Source of the DNA: a virus
Taxonomy: Duplodnaviria; Caudoviricetes
Virus record (IMG/VR): IMGVR_UViG_3300017754_001849
Location: 1-26,851 of that record
Reading direction: 5' to 3' (one strand)
Length of the DNA stretch: 26,851 bases
This document shows, in pieces, positions 1-9,621 of this stretch (the stretch's first letter is position 1; every line of letters begins with the position of its first letter). The position numbers and the translations under genes were made by a program. Under the pieces are notes generated by a model. The model was not told the DNA's origin, did not search any database, and worked only from the letters and a program-made list of their open reading frames with translations.

Positions 1-640
1 TGAAATTGTAAATTCTATTCTGGCGCGATTACGTGAGCCGACGGTATCAACTGTCGGCCTTGATGCGTATTCGACCCTTATCGGCAAGTTCGTTAATGAC
101 GCCAAGCGCCAAGTCGAGGATGCCTACGATTGGAATGTTCTCGGCCAAGAAAAAACCGTTACTACCACATCCGGCACGTATGTCTATTCGTTGACCGGCG
201 CAGGTCAAAAATTCCGTGTATCAAGCGATCCGCTAAATACGACTAGCAATGTCGTCATGAAAAATATCAGCGTGGCCGATATGCGTCAAAAGCAAAATTT
301 CACGCCGATTGTTACTAACATCCCATCGCAGTATTGTTTTGAAGGGGTTGACGGCAACGGCGACGCACAAGTTCAGCTATATGGCCGTCCTAATGGCGTC
401 TATATCATTAAGTTTTTCTTGACTATCCCACAAGCAACGCTGGCATCAGACAACACATCGGTGTTGGTTCCTGATGTAGTGGTTGAGCAAAATGCTTACG
501 CTAGAGCGTTAGTTGAGCGTGGCGAAGATGGTGGGTTGAGTTCGTCAGAGGCTTACAACTTATATCGCTCTATGCTTGCTGATTACATTTCATTAGAGGC
601 CACTCGCTTTCCTGAAACGCAGGAGTTTGTTCCAGTATGA
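1..640 (+). CDS. Podovirus head-tail adaptor / tail tubular protein A-like (5'-truncated)
   Basis: The frame of ORF 191..640 is open back to position 2 (EIVNSILARLREPTVSTV...FVNDAKRQVEDAYDW), resembling adaptor N-termini; the true start lies before the window. ATGA overlap with the nozzle gene. Confidence 0.75.
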   Translation, partial: EIVNSILARLREPTVSTVGLDAYSTLIGKFVNDAKRQVEDAYDWNVLGQEKTVTTTSGTYVYSLTGAGQKFRVSSDPLNTTSNVVMKNISVADMRQKQNFTPIVTNIPSQYCFEGVDGNGDAQVQLYGRPNGVYIIKFFLTIPQATLASDNTSVLVPDVVVEQNAYARALVERGEDGGLSSSEAYNLYRSMLADYISLEATRFPETQEFVPV

Positions 641-2193
641 GTCAAGCACTTGAACGATTTAGCGTTAATGCACCAGGCTTCTATGGCCTGAATACGCAAG
701 ACTCGCCATTGGATTTGGCGGCTGGATTTGCATTGACTGCGATTAACTGCATTCTGGACAAGTACGGTCGGATGGGCGCACGTAAGGGATGGACGAAAGT
801 TAATACCAGTTCGGGCAATTTGGGCGCTAACGATATTGGCGTCATCCACGAATTGGTGCTTACTGGTGGATCGGTAACGACTCTATTTGCTGGAAACAAT
901 AAGATATTCAAATTAAGCGGCACAACAGTTACTGAGTTGACCTATGGCGGTGGTGGTACAGCACCAACCATTAGCGCCAATAACTGGCAGTGCGCATCGT
1001 TAAATGGAGTAACGTATTTCTTTCAGTCCGGTCATGACCCAATAATTTATGACCCAGCGGTTAGTTCTACAACGTACCGCCGAGTAAGTGAAAAGTCTGG
1101 CTATGCCGGTACGGTGCCACTAGGGAATATTTGCATCTCTGCGTATGGTCGTTTGTGGATCGCTAACAGTACGTCAGATAAAACAACGCTAACCTTTTCT
1201 GATTTGATTGCTGGACATATTTATACCGGCGGCACATCAGGCACATTGAACGTCAATAACGTATGGGCTAACGGTGCTGATGAAATAACTGGCCTAGCAG
1301 CGCACAACGGCTTTTTGTTTATCTTTGGCAAGCGCCAGATTTTGGTTTACCAAGGTGCGACAACACCTAGCACAATGTCGTTGTACGACACCGTGGTAGG
1401 TATCGGTTGCCAATACCGTGATTCAATTCAAAGCACGAACACCGATGTCGTATTTTTGTCCAACAGCGGTGTGCGCTCAGTTCTTAGAACCATTCAGGAA
1501 AAGTCTGCGCCATTTCGTGACTTGAGTAAGAATGTTCGTAATGATTTGATGCAGTTGGTAGCAGGTGAAACACCGGCAAATATTAAAGGCGTTTATTCAG
1601 AAATAGACGCATTCTACTTATTGACGTTTCCAACGGCGGGTCAAGTGTATGTGTTTGACACGCGAAATGTTATGCAGGATGGATCAGCGCGGGTAACTAC
1701 GTGGAACGACATTAAACCAACGGCAATGTATGCGTTACGCAATGGCGACCTATTGATTGGTAAGAATGGTTACGTTGGTAAATACGGCGGGTATCTTGAT
1801 GACACTAGCACGTATCGAATGCAGTATTACACCAATCATGCCGACTTAGGTGATGTTGCTGTTACGTCGATTGTTAAGCGCATATCCATTGTCGCTATTG
1901 GTGGATCAGATCAGGTCGTTACTATTAAATGGGGCTACGATTTCTCTGAGAACTATTTATCTCAAAACGTATCTGTTCCAACCCAAGGCATTTCTGAATA
2001 TGGCGTTGCTGAGTATGGCGCTAACGGCGTACCTGTTGCGCAGTATGCCGGTGGCATTGTGATTCAAAATTTGTTTTCTCAGGCTACTGGCTCTGGCAAA
2101 GTTTTTCAAACAGGCTATGAAGCCGAGGTGAATGGCTTTGAATTATCGATTCAAAAGATTGAGATTTTGGCCAAGCATGGCCGCATAAATTAA
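637..2193 (+). CDS. Tail nozzle / packaged-DNA stabilization protein (T7 gp12 / P22 gp10-like)
   Basis: 518 aa, beta-strand rich with propeller-like repeats (AYGRLW, GFLFIFGK, DVVFLS), directly after the adaptor. Confidence 0.7.
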   Translation: MSQALERFSVNAPGFYGLNTQDSPLDLAAGFALTAINCILDKYGRMGARKGWTKVNTSSGNLGANDIGVIHELVLTGGSVTTLFAGNNKIFKLSGTTVTELTYGGGGTAPTISANNWQCASLNGVTYFFQSGHDPIIYDPAVSSTTYRRVSEKSGYAGTVPLGNICISAYGRLWIANSTSDKTTLTFSDLIAGHIYTGGTSGTLNVNNVWANGADEITGLAAHNGFLFIFGKRQILVYQGATTPSTMSLYDTVVGIGCQYRDSIQSTNTDVVFLSNSGVRSVLRTIQEKSAPFRDLSKNVRNDLMQLVAGETPANIKGVYSEIDAFYLLTFPTAGQVYVFDTRNVMQDGSARVTTWNDIKPTAMYALRNGDLLIGKNGYVGKYGGYLDDTSTYRMQYYTNHADLGDVAVTSIVKRISIVAIGGSDQVVTIKWGYDFSENYLSQNVSVPTQGISEYGVAEYGANGVPVAQYAGGIVIQNLFSQATGSGKVFQTGYEAEVNGFELSIQKIEILAKHGRIN

Positions 2194-2203
2194 GGGGTAG
2201 GTA

Positions 2204-2875
2204 ATGTCTGACTATACCAAATCGACCGACTTTGCATCTAAAGACGCGCTGCCATCGGGCAATGCGGCCAAGATTGTTAAGGGTACTGAGATTGACACAG
2301 AATTTAATAACATCGCGGTTGCTGTAGCTACTAAAGCTGACTTAGCCTCACCAGGCTTTTCTGGCAGCCCAACAGCACCAACGCAATCAAGTGGTGACAA
2401 TACGTCTAAGTTGGCTACAACAGGATTTGTGCAAGCTGCATTAAGCGCTTTGTACCCTGTTGGCTCAATCTATACCAATGCGGCTGTTAGCACCAACCCT
2501 GCGACGTTGCTAGGGTTTGGTACATGGTCAGCGTTTGGCGCTGGTCGTGTCATGGTTGGTCTTGATGCAGGAAATGCAGCGTTTGATACAGCGCAAGAAA
2601 CTGGTGGTTCGGCTGACGCTATTGTCGTTAGCCATAGCCACACGGCAACATCAAGCGTTACCGACCCTGGCCACAACCACACAATAGGATTTCAAAATCA
2701 CACAATCGATCAAAATGCTGGATCATCAGCTCTTGTCAAACAAGGCACATCAAACACAAGCACCGCAAGCACAGGCATTAGTGTTAGCACCAGTATTAGC
2801 ACCGAAGGCTCAAGCGGAACAAACGCTAACCTACAGCCGTACATCGTTGTTTATATGTGGCGCAGAACGGCATGA
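2204..2875 (+). CDS. Tail-associated protein with collar / T4 gp10 C-terminal-like region
   Basis: YPVGSIY...NPATLLGFGTW...GAGRVMVG, HSH/HNH motifs and terminal NLQPYIVVYMWRRTA typical of short tail fibre/baseplate trimers; SD AAGGGGT upstream. Confidence 0.7.
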   Translation: MSDYTKSTDFASKDALPSGNAAKIVKGTEIDTEFNNIAVAVATKADLASPGFSGSPTAPTQSSGDNTSKLATTGFVQAALSALYPVGSIYTNAAVSTNPATLLGFGTWSAFGAGRVMVGLDAGNAAFDTAQETGGSADAIVVSHSHTATSSVTDPGHNHTIGFQNHTIDQNAGSSALVKQGTSNTSTASTGISVSTSISTEGSSGTNANLQPYIVVYMWRRTA

Positions 2876-3198
2876 GTGCAGTATTGGAAAATGTTGGCGG
2901 TGAGATTACTCACCACTTTTCGGATGGCTTGTATGCCAAGGAAGCGTTTGTCCCTGCTGGCACGGCCATATTGAAGCATACGCATGACTTTAGCCATCTA
3001 TCTATTTTGGCTAAAGGCAAAGTAGCAGTAATGAAGGGCGACGTCATTGAAATAATTGACGCGCCAGCGTGTATAAATATTGAAGCAAACGTAGTTCATG
3101 GCATTAAGGCCATGAGCGATTGTGTCTGGTTTTGTATCCATGCGACGGATGAGAAAGACTCAGCCAAAGTGGATGACGTTTTAATTAGAGGGGAATAG
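2872..3198 (+). CDS. Cupin-fold protein
   Basis: HTHDFSHLSILAKG...APACINIEANVVHGI cupin motifs; start moved to ATG 2872, which overlaps the upstream stop (ATGA). Confidence 0.75.
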   Translation: MSAVLENVGGEITHHFSDGLYAKEAFVPAGTAILKHTHDFSHLSILAKGKVAVMKGDVIEIIDAPACINIEANVVHGIKAMSDCVWFCIHATDEKDSAKVDDVLIRGE

Positions 3199-3199
3199 T

Positions 3200-4231
3200 A
3201 TGCCAATGGCCTTTGTTGCTGCCGGAGCAAATTTGCTCGGTGGATATTTGCAGGGCGAGGCGGCAAAAGATGCCGCATCTACGTCTGCTAGAGCGCAATT
3301 AGAAGCGGCGCGACTTGCTGCTGAAGAATCACGTTTTAGACCAGTTGGCGTTACGACGCGATTTGGCACTAGCCAATTTGGTACAGATGCTAGTGGCCGA
3401 GTAAGTAGCGCTGGGTATACGCTATCGCCAGAACTAAAAGCCTATCAAGATCGTTTGATGGCGTTAAGCGGTCAAGGATTGACGCAAGCCGAAGCAGCGC
3501 AAGGGATGTATCAGCCGCTAACTGGTGCGGCTACTGGCCTGTTTAATTTAGGTGGTCAATACCTAGCGCAGTCTCCTGAAGCAGTTGCGGCTCAGTATAT
3601 GCAAAGCCAACAAGACTTATTGGCACCAAGTCGTGAGCGCCAATATGCGGAATTACAAAATCGATTGTTTAATACTGGTCGCGGCGGTTTGTCAGTTGGC
3701 GCAACAGGGATTCGTCCAGGCGGCGGTGCAGGTCTTAGCGCAAGCAATCCTGAACTAGAAGCGTACTACAACGCATTGGCTCAACAAGACGCCGCATTAG
3801 CTGGCCAAGCACAACAAGCAGGTCAGCAACAAGTAGCCTTTGGTTCTGGTTTGTTTAACCAAGGCGCTGGATTGTTAGGCCAGTATCAAGCCGGTCAAGT
3901 AAATGCGTTAAATCCATTTACAACGTATCTTGGCGGTGCTGGAACAATTGAAAGTTTAGGACAACAACCATTGGATATTGGCGCGCAATTAGGCGGCAGA
4001 AATGTCAATCAATCAGGCGCACAAGCATTGTTGCAAGGTGGTATTGGTGCTGCACAAAGTATGCAGCAAGCTAATGCGTATAGTCCGTTTGGTACTGGAT
4101 TAATGGGTGCTGCTAATTCGCTCAATACCTACCAAAATCAACAACGACAAGATGAGCGATTTAATGCGATATATGGTAGAGGTGCGCCAATTGAAGACCG
4201 GTCTTTTAACCGCGATGATTATTTTATCTAA
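3200..4231 (+). CDS. Probable DNA ejection / internal virion protein (small)
   Basis: G/A/Q-rich, N-terminus AFVAAGANLLGG...AAKDAA typical of P22 gp7 / T7 gp14-position proteins; synteny after tail genes. Confidence 0.6.
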   Translation: MPMAFVAAGANLLGGYLQGEAAKDAASTSARAQLEAARLAAEESRFRPVGVTTRFGTSQFGTDASGRVSSAGYTLSPELKAYQDRLMALSGQGLTQAEAAQGMYQPLTGAATGLFNLGGQYLAQSPEAVAAQYMQSQQDLLAPSRERQYAELQNRLFNTGRGGLSVGATGIRPGGGAGLSASNPELEAYYNALAQQDAALAGQAQQAGQQQVAFGSGLFNQGAGLLGQYQAGQVNALNPFTTYLGGAGTIESLGQQPLDIGAQLGGRNVNQSGAQALLQGGIGAAQSMQQANAYSPFGTGLMGAANSLNTYQNQQRQDERFNAIYGRGAPIEDRSFNRDDYFI

Positions 4232-4244
4232 TTAAGGAACAATC

Positions 4245-5705
4245 ATGGCAAGCGAAATATTAGGGCTGTTTACATCGCCAGAAGATTATCAAATGAGGCA
4301 GCAACAAGCGCAGCAAAATCGTGCGCTTCAGTTTGCTCAACTCAACCCATTTGAGAAAGCTAGCTACGGCATCTATCAAGGCGCTGGTCAGTTAGGCCAA
4401 GCAACGGGCAGTTTATTTGGTATGCAAGACCCGCAATTACGCAAAATTACTATGCGTCAGCAAATGATAACCGGCGCTGGCGGCGCGCCACGTATTAATA
4501 TGAATGACCCTGAGTCTATACGTCGCGCAGCATTAATAGCGCAAGAGCAAGGTGATCCTGAATTTGCTATATCGTTAAATGATTATGCTCGTAAAGCTGA
4601 AAGCGAAATGGCGTTAATTCAACAACGTACAAAAGAAGGTAGAGCAGCAGCTACGCCAAAAGAATTACAAATTGCTGGCGCTAGAGCAGAGTTAGAAGAT
4701 ACTGTTGCACGTTTAACTGTGGATCAAGCAGCAAACCCAAATAATCCTAACATCGCTAGAGCATTAGCTATTGCCAAAAATACTTTAGCTGGGCTGCCTA
4801 TAGCTACTAAAACAGGAGAGGCAAATAAAGATATTGTTATCGCCGAGCGCCGCGCTGTTGCTCGAGGTTTGCAGCCAGATACAGAAGCGTACAATAAGTT
4901 TATAGACGCCGAGTTGCTTCGTTTAACTACTAAAGAAACCCCAGGAGAAAAAGCAAACATTAAAGAAATTGGTGTTGCTACTGGATCAAACGCGCCTGTG
5001 TATTTGGATGTAAATAACGACAAGCAGTTTATATACACAAAAGACGCCAACGGTAAACAAGTACGCCAAGACTATATCGGCGGCGTAGACCGTACTACAT
5101 CCAAAGTTTCAGCTACTGCTAGTTCAGCAGGGGCAAAAGCATTCACTGAAAAGTTAGGCGCATTGGACGCAAAAGATGTTGCTGATGCTAGAGGACTTAG
5201 AGATAACTCTATAGCGGCGCTTAATACGTTAAATGAGTTAGCCAGATTAAACGACCAAGGGCTTATTAGCGGATCGTATGCTACTGGCCGCGTAGGCGCG
5301 TCTAACTTGCTTAACACACTAGGACTTATAAGCCCTAAAGACCAAGCAACATTAGCTAGTTCCGAAAATTACCAAAAGAAAGCTGGCGATCTTATCTTGG
5401 CGACACTTGGCGGCCGTTTAGGTGCTGGGTTTAGTAATGAAGACCGTAAGTTTATTCAGGGTTTAATTCCAAGTCTTGAAAATAGCGCCCTTGCTAGACG
5501 TCAATTGATTGATTTTATGCAAAAGAAAAATCAATTTATTATTGACGCAGCTACGGAATTAGAGGATTACGCTAGGGCAAATGACGGCCTCAAAGGCTAT
5601 AAGCCAAAGATACCTTTAATAAACGCACCTAAAACTGGTGTACAAGCTATGACGGTTGAAGAAATAAAAGCTGAAATAGCACGTAAAAAAGCGCAAGGAA
5701 AATAA
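4245..5705 (+). CDS. Probable DNA ejection / internal virion protein (middle)
   Basis: 486 aa helical, A/Q/K-rich; SD AAGGA; synteny. Confidence 0.55.
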   Translation: MASEILGLFTSPEDYQMRQQQAQQNRALQFAQLNPFEKASYGIYQGAGQLGQATGSLFGMQDPQLRKITMRQQMITGAGGAPRINMNDPESIRRAALIAQEQGDPEFAISLNDYARKAESEMALIQQRTKEGRAAATPKELQIAGARAELEDTVARLTVDQAANPNNPNIARALAIAKNTLAGLPIATKTGEANKDIVIAERRAVARGLQPDTEAYNKFIDAELLRLTTKETPGEKANIKEIGVATGSNAPVYLDVNNDKQFIYTKDANGKQVRQDYIGGVDRTTSKVSATASSAGAKAFTEKLGALDAKDVADARGLRDNSIAALNTLNELARLNDQGLISGSYATGRVGASNLLNTLGLISPKDQATLASSENYQKKAGDLILATLGGRLGAGFSNEDRKFIQGLIPSLENSALARRQLIDFMQKKNQFIIDAATELEDYARANDGLKGYKPKIPLINAPKTGVQAMTVEEIKAEIARKKAQGK

Positions 5706-5707
5706 CT

Positions 5708-7810
5708 ATGGCTACTCTTGAAGAACTAGAAGCTGAACTGCGTAGTCGTGGAGAAACTGTTTCTACCGGATCGGTCATGTACGAAAATGAACCGACTAGA
5801 GGTGAGTTTTCTAAGTTTGCTGAATCACTTACCAAAGGTTCCGCTAAAGGTATAGCAAGTGTACTTGGTGGTTGGGGTAATCTGTATGACTACCTGAAAG
5901 AAAGCAAAGACCCAAACAGGTTTTCTACCGCAGGTATTGCTAAAGGCCTTAAAGACAAAACTGGCATAGATATATTAACTATCCCAGGGTACCGCGGCGC
6001 CTATGAGTTTGGTGAAACTGGCGCTCCTGCGGCTGCGTTTACTGCGGCTGGCGTGCCTGGATTGTTTAGACGCACTGTTCCTGGAGTTGTTGCGGAAGGT
6101 ACCGTTGCTGGCGCAACAGGCTTAATAAGCCGAAGTGTTGCGCCTGATAGCCCATTGGCACAACTTGGTATTCAAATGCTGCCTTACGGCAGTAAGTTAG
6201 GCGTAAAAGTAGCTGAACAACGCATCACCCGCCCTGAAGGTACATTCCCGTCACCGGCTGAAATAGATCAACTATTACGTGTTGGCCGTTTGACGCCAGG
6301 CGAGGCTACGCTATTGCGTCAACAGTTGGCTACCGAAGCACGCGTAGAAGCGGCACCAGAGTCAGGCGCTATACCTTTTAGACGTGCGCAAGCAAGAGAC
6401 GTTGAAGGGTTTTTAACTAAACTATTTGACCGCGCTGCGGGTAAAACTTTAACCCCAGGTGAGACTACTATAGCCGTTGTTGATTCGTTTAAAAACTATG
6501 GCAAATCACTGTCATCGCAATTACGCTCAGATGCTAGTAAAGATTTTAACGCGGCTAAACGCGCGGGCGGCTCAGTAGATACATCGCCAGTTATAGCCGC
6601 CATTGATGCGCAACTAGCTAGTTTGCCGCCAGAAGTAGCTGGTTTATCTAGCCTACGTGGAGCATTACAACGTATACGTGATGAATATGTAACCCCTGCC
6701 ACTCCACAAACAGTTACGCCTTCATCTATTACTAGCGTTAGCGGTCAACCTATAGCTACTACAGTTACACCAGGAACCCCAGCAATTAACACTAGTATAG
6801 ATATTGGTCGTCTACAAAAAAATCTAGCTGCTTGGGGCGATGCTGCTTATTCTGGCGCCGCCGATTTTGGTAAGGGCAATATTTTTGACGGAGTAGCGCC
6901 TGGCCAAGCTAAAGGTATAGCGCTATCAGTTCTTAAAGGTTTTCGTCAGTCGTTAGACGACGCTATTACTAATGGCGTCCCTGGCGCGGATAAATTAAAA
7001 ACTGCCAGGGATAATTTTTCCAAAAACATACAGCAGATTGAAGACTTTTCAAACCGCCCGTTGGTTAAAGCGTTTGACGTACAAAATGTTAGCGAGTTAG
7101 TGCCTGAGAATGTCATGCAAAAGTTAAAAACTTTGCCTGATTCTCAGCGCAATATTTTAATTAACGTAATGTCGTCCCACCCTAACCCACAAGTAACTGA
7201 AGTATTAAATACTATACGGCGTTCGCAATTGGAAGACGTATTGTCGGCCGGTCGTAGAGGCTCGTCTAGCGCATCTGCATTAGAGCCAGAATTTGCTATT
7301 GATAAAACATTAGCGGCGATGAATAAAAAAGGTGATTTAGCTCAGTTATTTCCTGACCCTAAAGACCTTGGCGATGCGCGATTAGCTATGCAATGGATGA
7401 AACGAGTCTTAACTAAAGAATCGGCTTCGGCTCCTGGTGGCGTTGGTGGCGGCGCTGTTTTTGGCGGCGCTAGAACAGCTGGTTTAGGTTACGGCGAATC
7501 CGTAGTGTTGCGCGAAGCGGCAGCGTTGTTGCGTAATGTTATTGCTAGTCCTGAAGCGTTTTCAAACATAATTTTTAGCCCTGAAAATCGTAAAGTGTTA
7601 ATGGATTTATCGACTAAGAAAACGCTTACGCAAAAAGGTTTGGATTCGCTCTATAACATTACTAAAGTGGGCGCTATAGGCGCCGTTCGTGCTGGCCCGA
7701 TGATGGACACAACGCGGCCTGAAATGCGGTCATTACCTACGCAAGAATCTGTTGCTGGCCCAACTTTAGAAGAGCTGGAAGCAGAACTGAAATCCCGCGA
7801 AGCGCAGTAA
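5708..7810 (+). CDS. Probable DNA ejection / internal virion protein (large)
   Basis: 700 aa helical with Gly/Ala-rich hydrophobic patches; third of the usual ejection trio. Confidence 0.55.
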   Translation: MATLEELEAELRSRGETVSTGSVMYENEPTRGEFSKFAESLTKGSAKGIASVLGGWGNLYDYLKESKDPNRFSTAGIAKGLKDKTGIDILTIPGYRGAYEFGETGAPAAAFTAAGVPGLFRRTVPGVVAEGTVAGATGLISRSVAPDSPLAQLGIQMLPYGSKLGVKVAEQRITRPEGTFPSPAEIDQLLRVGRLTPGEATLLRQQLATEARVEAAPESGAIPFRRAQARDVEGFLTKLFDRAAGKTLTPGETTIAVVDSFKNYGKSLSSQLRSDASKDFNAAKRAGGSVDTSPVIAAIDAQLASLPPEVAGLSSLRGALQRIRDEYVTPATPQTVTPSSITSVSGQPIATTVTPGTPAINTSIDIGRLQKNLAAWGDAAYSGAADFGKGNIFDGVAPGQAKGIALSVLKGFRQSLDDAITNGVPGADKLKTARDNFSKNIQQIEDFSNRPLVKAFDVQNVSELVPENVMQKLKTLPDSQRNILINVMSSHPNPQVTEVLNTIRRSQLEDVLSAGRRGSSSASALEPEFAIDKTLAAMNKKGDLAQLFPDPKDLGDARLAMQWMKRVLTKESASAPGGVGGGAVFGGARTAGLGYGESVVLREAAALLRNVIASPEAFSNIIFSPENRKVLMDLSTKKTLTQKGLDSLYNITKVGAIGAVRAGPMMDTTRPEMRSLPTQESVAGPTLEELEAELKSREAQ

Positions 7811-7838
7811 ATGCCGTTAACGCTAACGTGCATTTTTT
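7811..7838 (+). terminator. Weak intrinsic terminator/attenuator between virion and lysis genes
   Basis: ATGC-CGTTA/ACGC loop/TAACG-T-GCAT stem with one bulge, followed by a T run at 7833-7838. Confidence 0.45.
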
Positions 7839-7852
7839 AAGAGGAAATTGCG

Positions 7853-8464
7853 ATTGATCCACTTACAATTCTTGCTGCTGCAAAACTGGCTGCGAGTGCA
7901 ATCAAACAAGGTTGTGAACTATACCAACAGGCTAAAGCTGATGGTATGGAGTTGGTCGATGCTTACGGTAAAGCCAAAGATGTGGTTGCTGACATTAGTA
8001 GTCATTTGGGCGGATTTTTCAAAGCGCATGAGCAACTTGAAAAGCACGTTCACGAGGAAGAATTAAAGACTAAGAAGGTGCGTGATCCTGAGCTATCGGT
8101 AAATCAGGAAGCCTTTAACAGAGTAATGGCTGTAAAAGAAATGCAAAGGCTAGAAACCGAATTACGCGAAACTCTCGTATATTCGGCTCCTAAAGAGCTT
8201 GGTGCGATATGGTCATCTTTTGAGGCTATGCGCGATAAGGTTAAGGTAGAACGTGCAGAGGTGCAACGTCAAGAGTTACTAAAGCAACAGGTGGCTAAAT
8301 GGCGTCGGGCAAATATAAAAAGAAAAATCGCGGAGCAGATGACGTCAATTCTCGCGGTCGTGTTCATAATATTGTGGTTCCTATGGGTAATGATACTGAT
8401 AAGAACGAGCCTAACATTCCGTGGAGCTTACTCATTACCGTACTGGTATTGTGTATTGTGCTAG
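7853..8464 (+). CDS. Coiled-coil membrane-anchored protein of the lysis region; probable ATT start
   Basis: Frame of 7946..8464 is open upstream to an in-frame TAA at 7838-7840; SD AAGAGGA (7839-7845) lies 7 nt before ATT 7853 (xDPLTILAAAKLAASAIKQG...). C-terminal TM ILAVVFIILWFLWVMILI. Confidence 0.65.
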   Translation: MDPLTILAAAKLAASAIKQGCELYQQAKADGMELVDAYGKAKDVVADISSHLGGFFKAHEQLEKHVHEEELKTKKVRDPELSVNQEAFNRVMAVKEMQRLETELRETLVYSAPKELGAIWSSFEAMRDKVKVERAEVQRQELLKQQVAKWRRANIKRKIAEQMTSILAVVFIILWFLWVMILIRTSLTFRGAYSLPYWYCVLC

Positions 8465-8592
8465 TTCTAGTTTTGCCGGTCATGGGGATAGCTTATATGG
8501 ATATGAACAACGCTACAGCAATGGCGATGGAAGAGGCAAGAAAAATGCGCGAGTTGCGCACTAAAATACTTTTAGATATACGGGGTGAATAA
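8299..8592 (+). CDS. Single-TM membrane protein overlapping the upstream gene
   Basis: Long hydrophobic stretch LLITVLVLCIVLVLVLPVMGIAY; stop overlaps the holin start (TAATG); AGGTGG before ATG 8299; alternative start at 8383. Confidence 0.6.
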   Translation: MASGKYKKKNRGADDVNSRGRVHNIVVPMGNDTDKNEPNIPWSLLITVLVLCIVLVLVLPVMGIAYMDMNNATAMAMEEARKMRELRTKILLDIRGE

Positions 8593-9107
8593 TGCTTACA
8601 ATCTTTTCGACTTTCGTTTCGTTTTTAATGGGTGGCTTGCCTAAGTTACTCGACTTCTTTCAAGATAGATCAGACAAATCCCACGAGCTAAAGCTGGCTC
8701 AGATGCAGACTGAGCGCGAGCTGCAACTAGCCGCTGCCGGTTTTATTGCGCAAGAAAAAATAGAAGCCATTAAGCTAGACGAGATCAGAACCCAGACACA
8801 ATCTGCGGAGAAAGTCTCGCTAATCGACGCACAAAAAGCGGAGATGAATGCCATCTATGTCCACGACGCCGCACTTAGCGAAGGCACAAGCAAGTGGATG
8901 AAAGACCTGCGCGCTAGTGTGCGCCCAGTGATTACGTATGGTTTCTTTTTCCTGCTAGTCGGTATTGACGCAGTTATTGCGTACAAGGGCCTGACAACAG
9001 GCGTCGAGTTTACAGCGTTAGCCGACCAGTTATGGGATAACGAGACGCAAGCGTTATTCGCTTCGATTATTGCGTTTCACTTCGGCGGTAGGGCTTTTGG
9101 CAAATGA
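8592..9107 (+). CDS. Holin, GTA-type 3TM family-like
   Basis: W...LRASVRPVITY, hydrophobic helices and terminal IIAFHFGGRAFGK; ATGA-coupled to the endolysin. Confidence 0.7.
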   Translation: MLTIFSTFVSFLMGGLPKLLDFFQDRSDKSHELKLAQMQTERELQLAAAGFIAQEKIEAIKLDEIRTQTQSAEKVSLIDAQKAEMNAIYVHDAALSEGTSKWMKDLRASVRPVITYGFFFLLVGIDAVIAYKGLTTGVEFTALADQLWDNETQALFASIIAFHFGGRAFGK

Positions 9108-9580
9108 TAAGTCCTAAAGCGCTTGAGATGATTAAGCATCATGAGGGTGTAAGGATTAAACCTTACCAATGCCCTGCCCGACTTTGGACGGTTGGCGTAG
9201 GCCATGTGATTGATCCTAAGCATACAAAAGTACCGTTTGAAAAACGCAGTTATCTGGAAATTCCGGATGGCTGGAACCGAACATTCACAATGGGAGAAGT
9301 CGATGCCATTCTTCAAAAAGACCTTGACCGGTTTGTTGCGGGAGTTCTGCGCTATTGCCCTAGCGCTATTAATAATCAAGGCTGGCTTGACGCTCTTGTG
9401 AGTTTTAGTTTCAATCTAGGATTAGGCACCCTGCAACGATCAACGCTGCGCCAGAAGCATAATCGAGGCGACTACGCTGGCGCTGCTGATGAGTTTATGA
9501 AATACACAAAGGCGGCCGGAAAAGTTTTACGTGGTCTTGAAAAGCGGCGCATCGATGAGCGCGCTATCTATCTAATGTAA
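9104..9580 (+). CDS. Endolysin, GH24 phage lysozyme
   Basis: E-x8-C-x5-T triad (HEGVRIKPYQCPARLWTVGVGH), DALVSFSFNLG, GLEKRRIDE; no SAR-type N-terminal helix. Confidence 0.93.
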   Translation: MISPKALEMIKHHEGVRIKPYQCPARLWTVGVGHVIDPKHTKVPFEKRSYLEIPDGWNRTFTMGEVDAILQKDLDRFVAGVLRYCPSAINNQGWLDALVSFSFNLGLGTLQRSTLRQKHNRGDYAGAADEFMKYTKAAGKVLRGLEKRRIDERAIYLM

Positions 9581-9581
9581 T

Positions 9582-9610
9582 TTGTAACATTATATTAATA
9601 AATATATGAT
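9582..9610 (+). promoter_or_regulatory. Sigma70-type promoter of the post-lysis cassette
   Basis: TTGTAA (9582-9587), 17 nt, TATGAT (9605-9610) in a very AT-rich gap; ATG 9622 follows with no SD. Confidence 0.55.
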
Positions 9611-9621
9611 ATACATCAGAA

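Noticed and set aside
7848-8066. 72 aa TTG-start ORF
   Set aside because: SD only ~2 nt away and it overlaps the better-supported frame starting at 7853.
8311-8330. Programmed -1 frameshift fusing the two overlapping membrane ORFs
   Set aside because: A-rich, but no in-frame X XXY YYZ heptamer was found.
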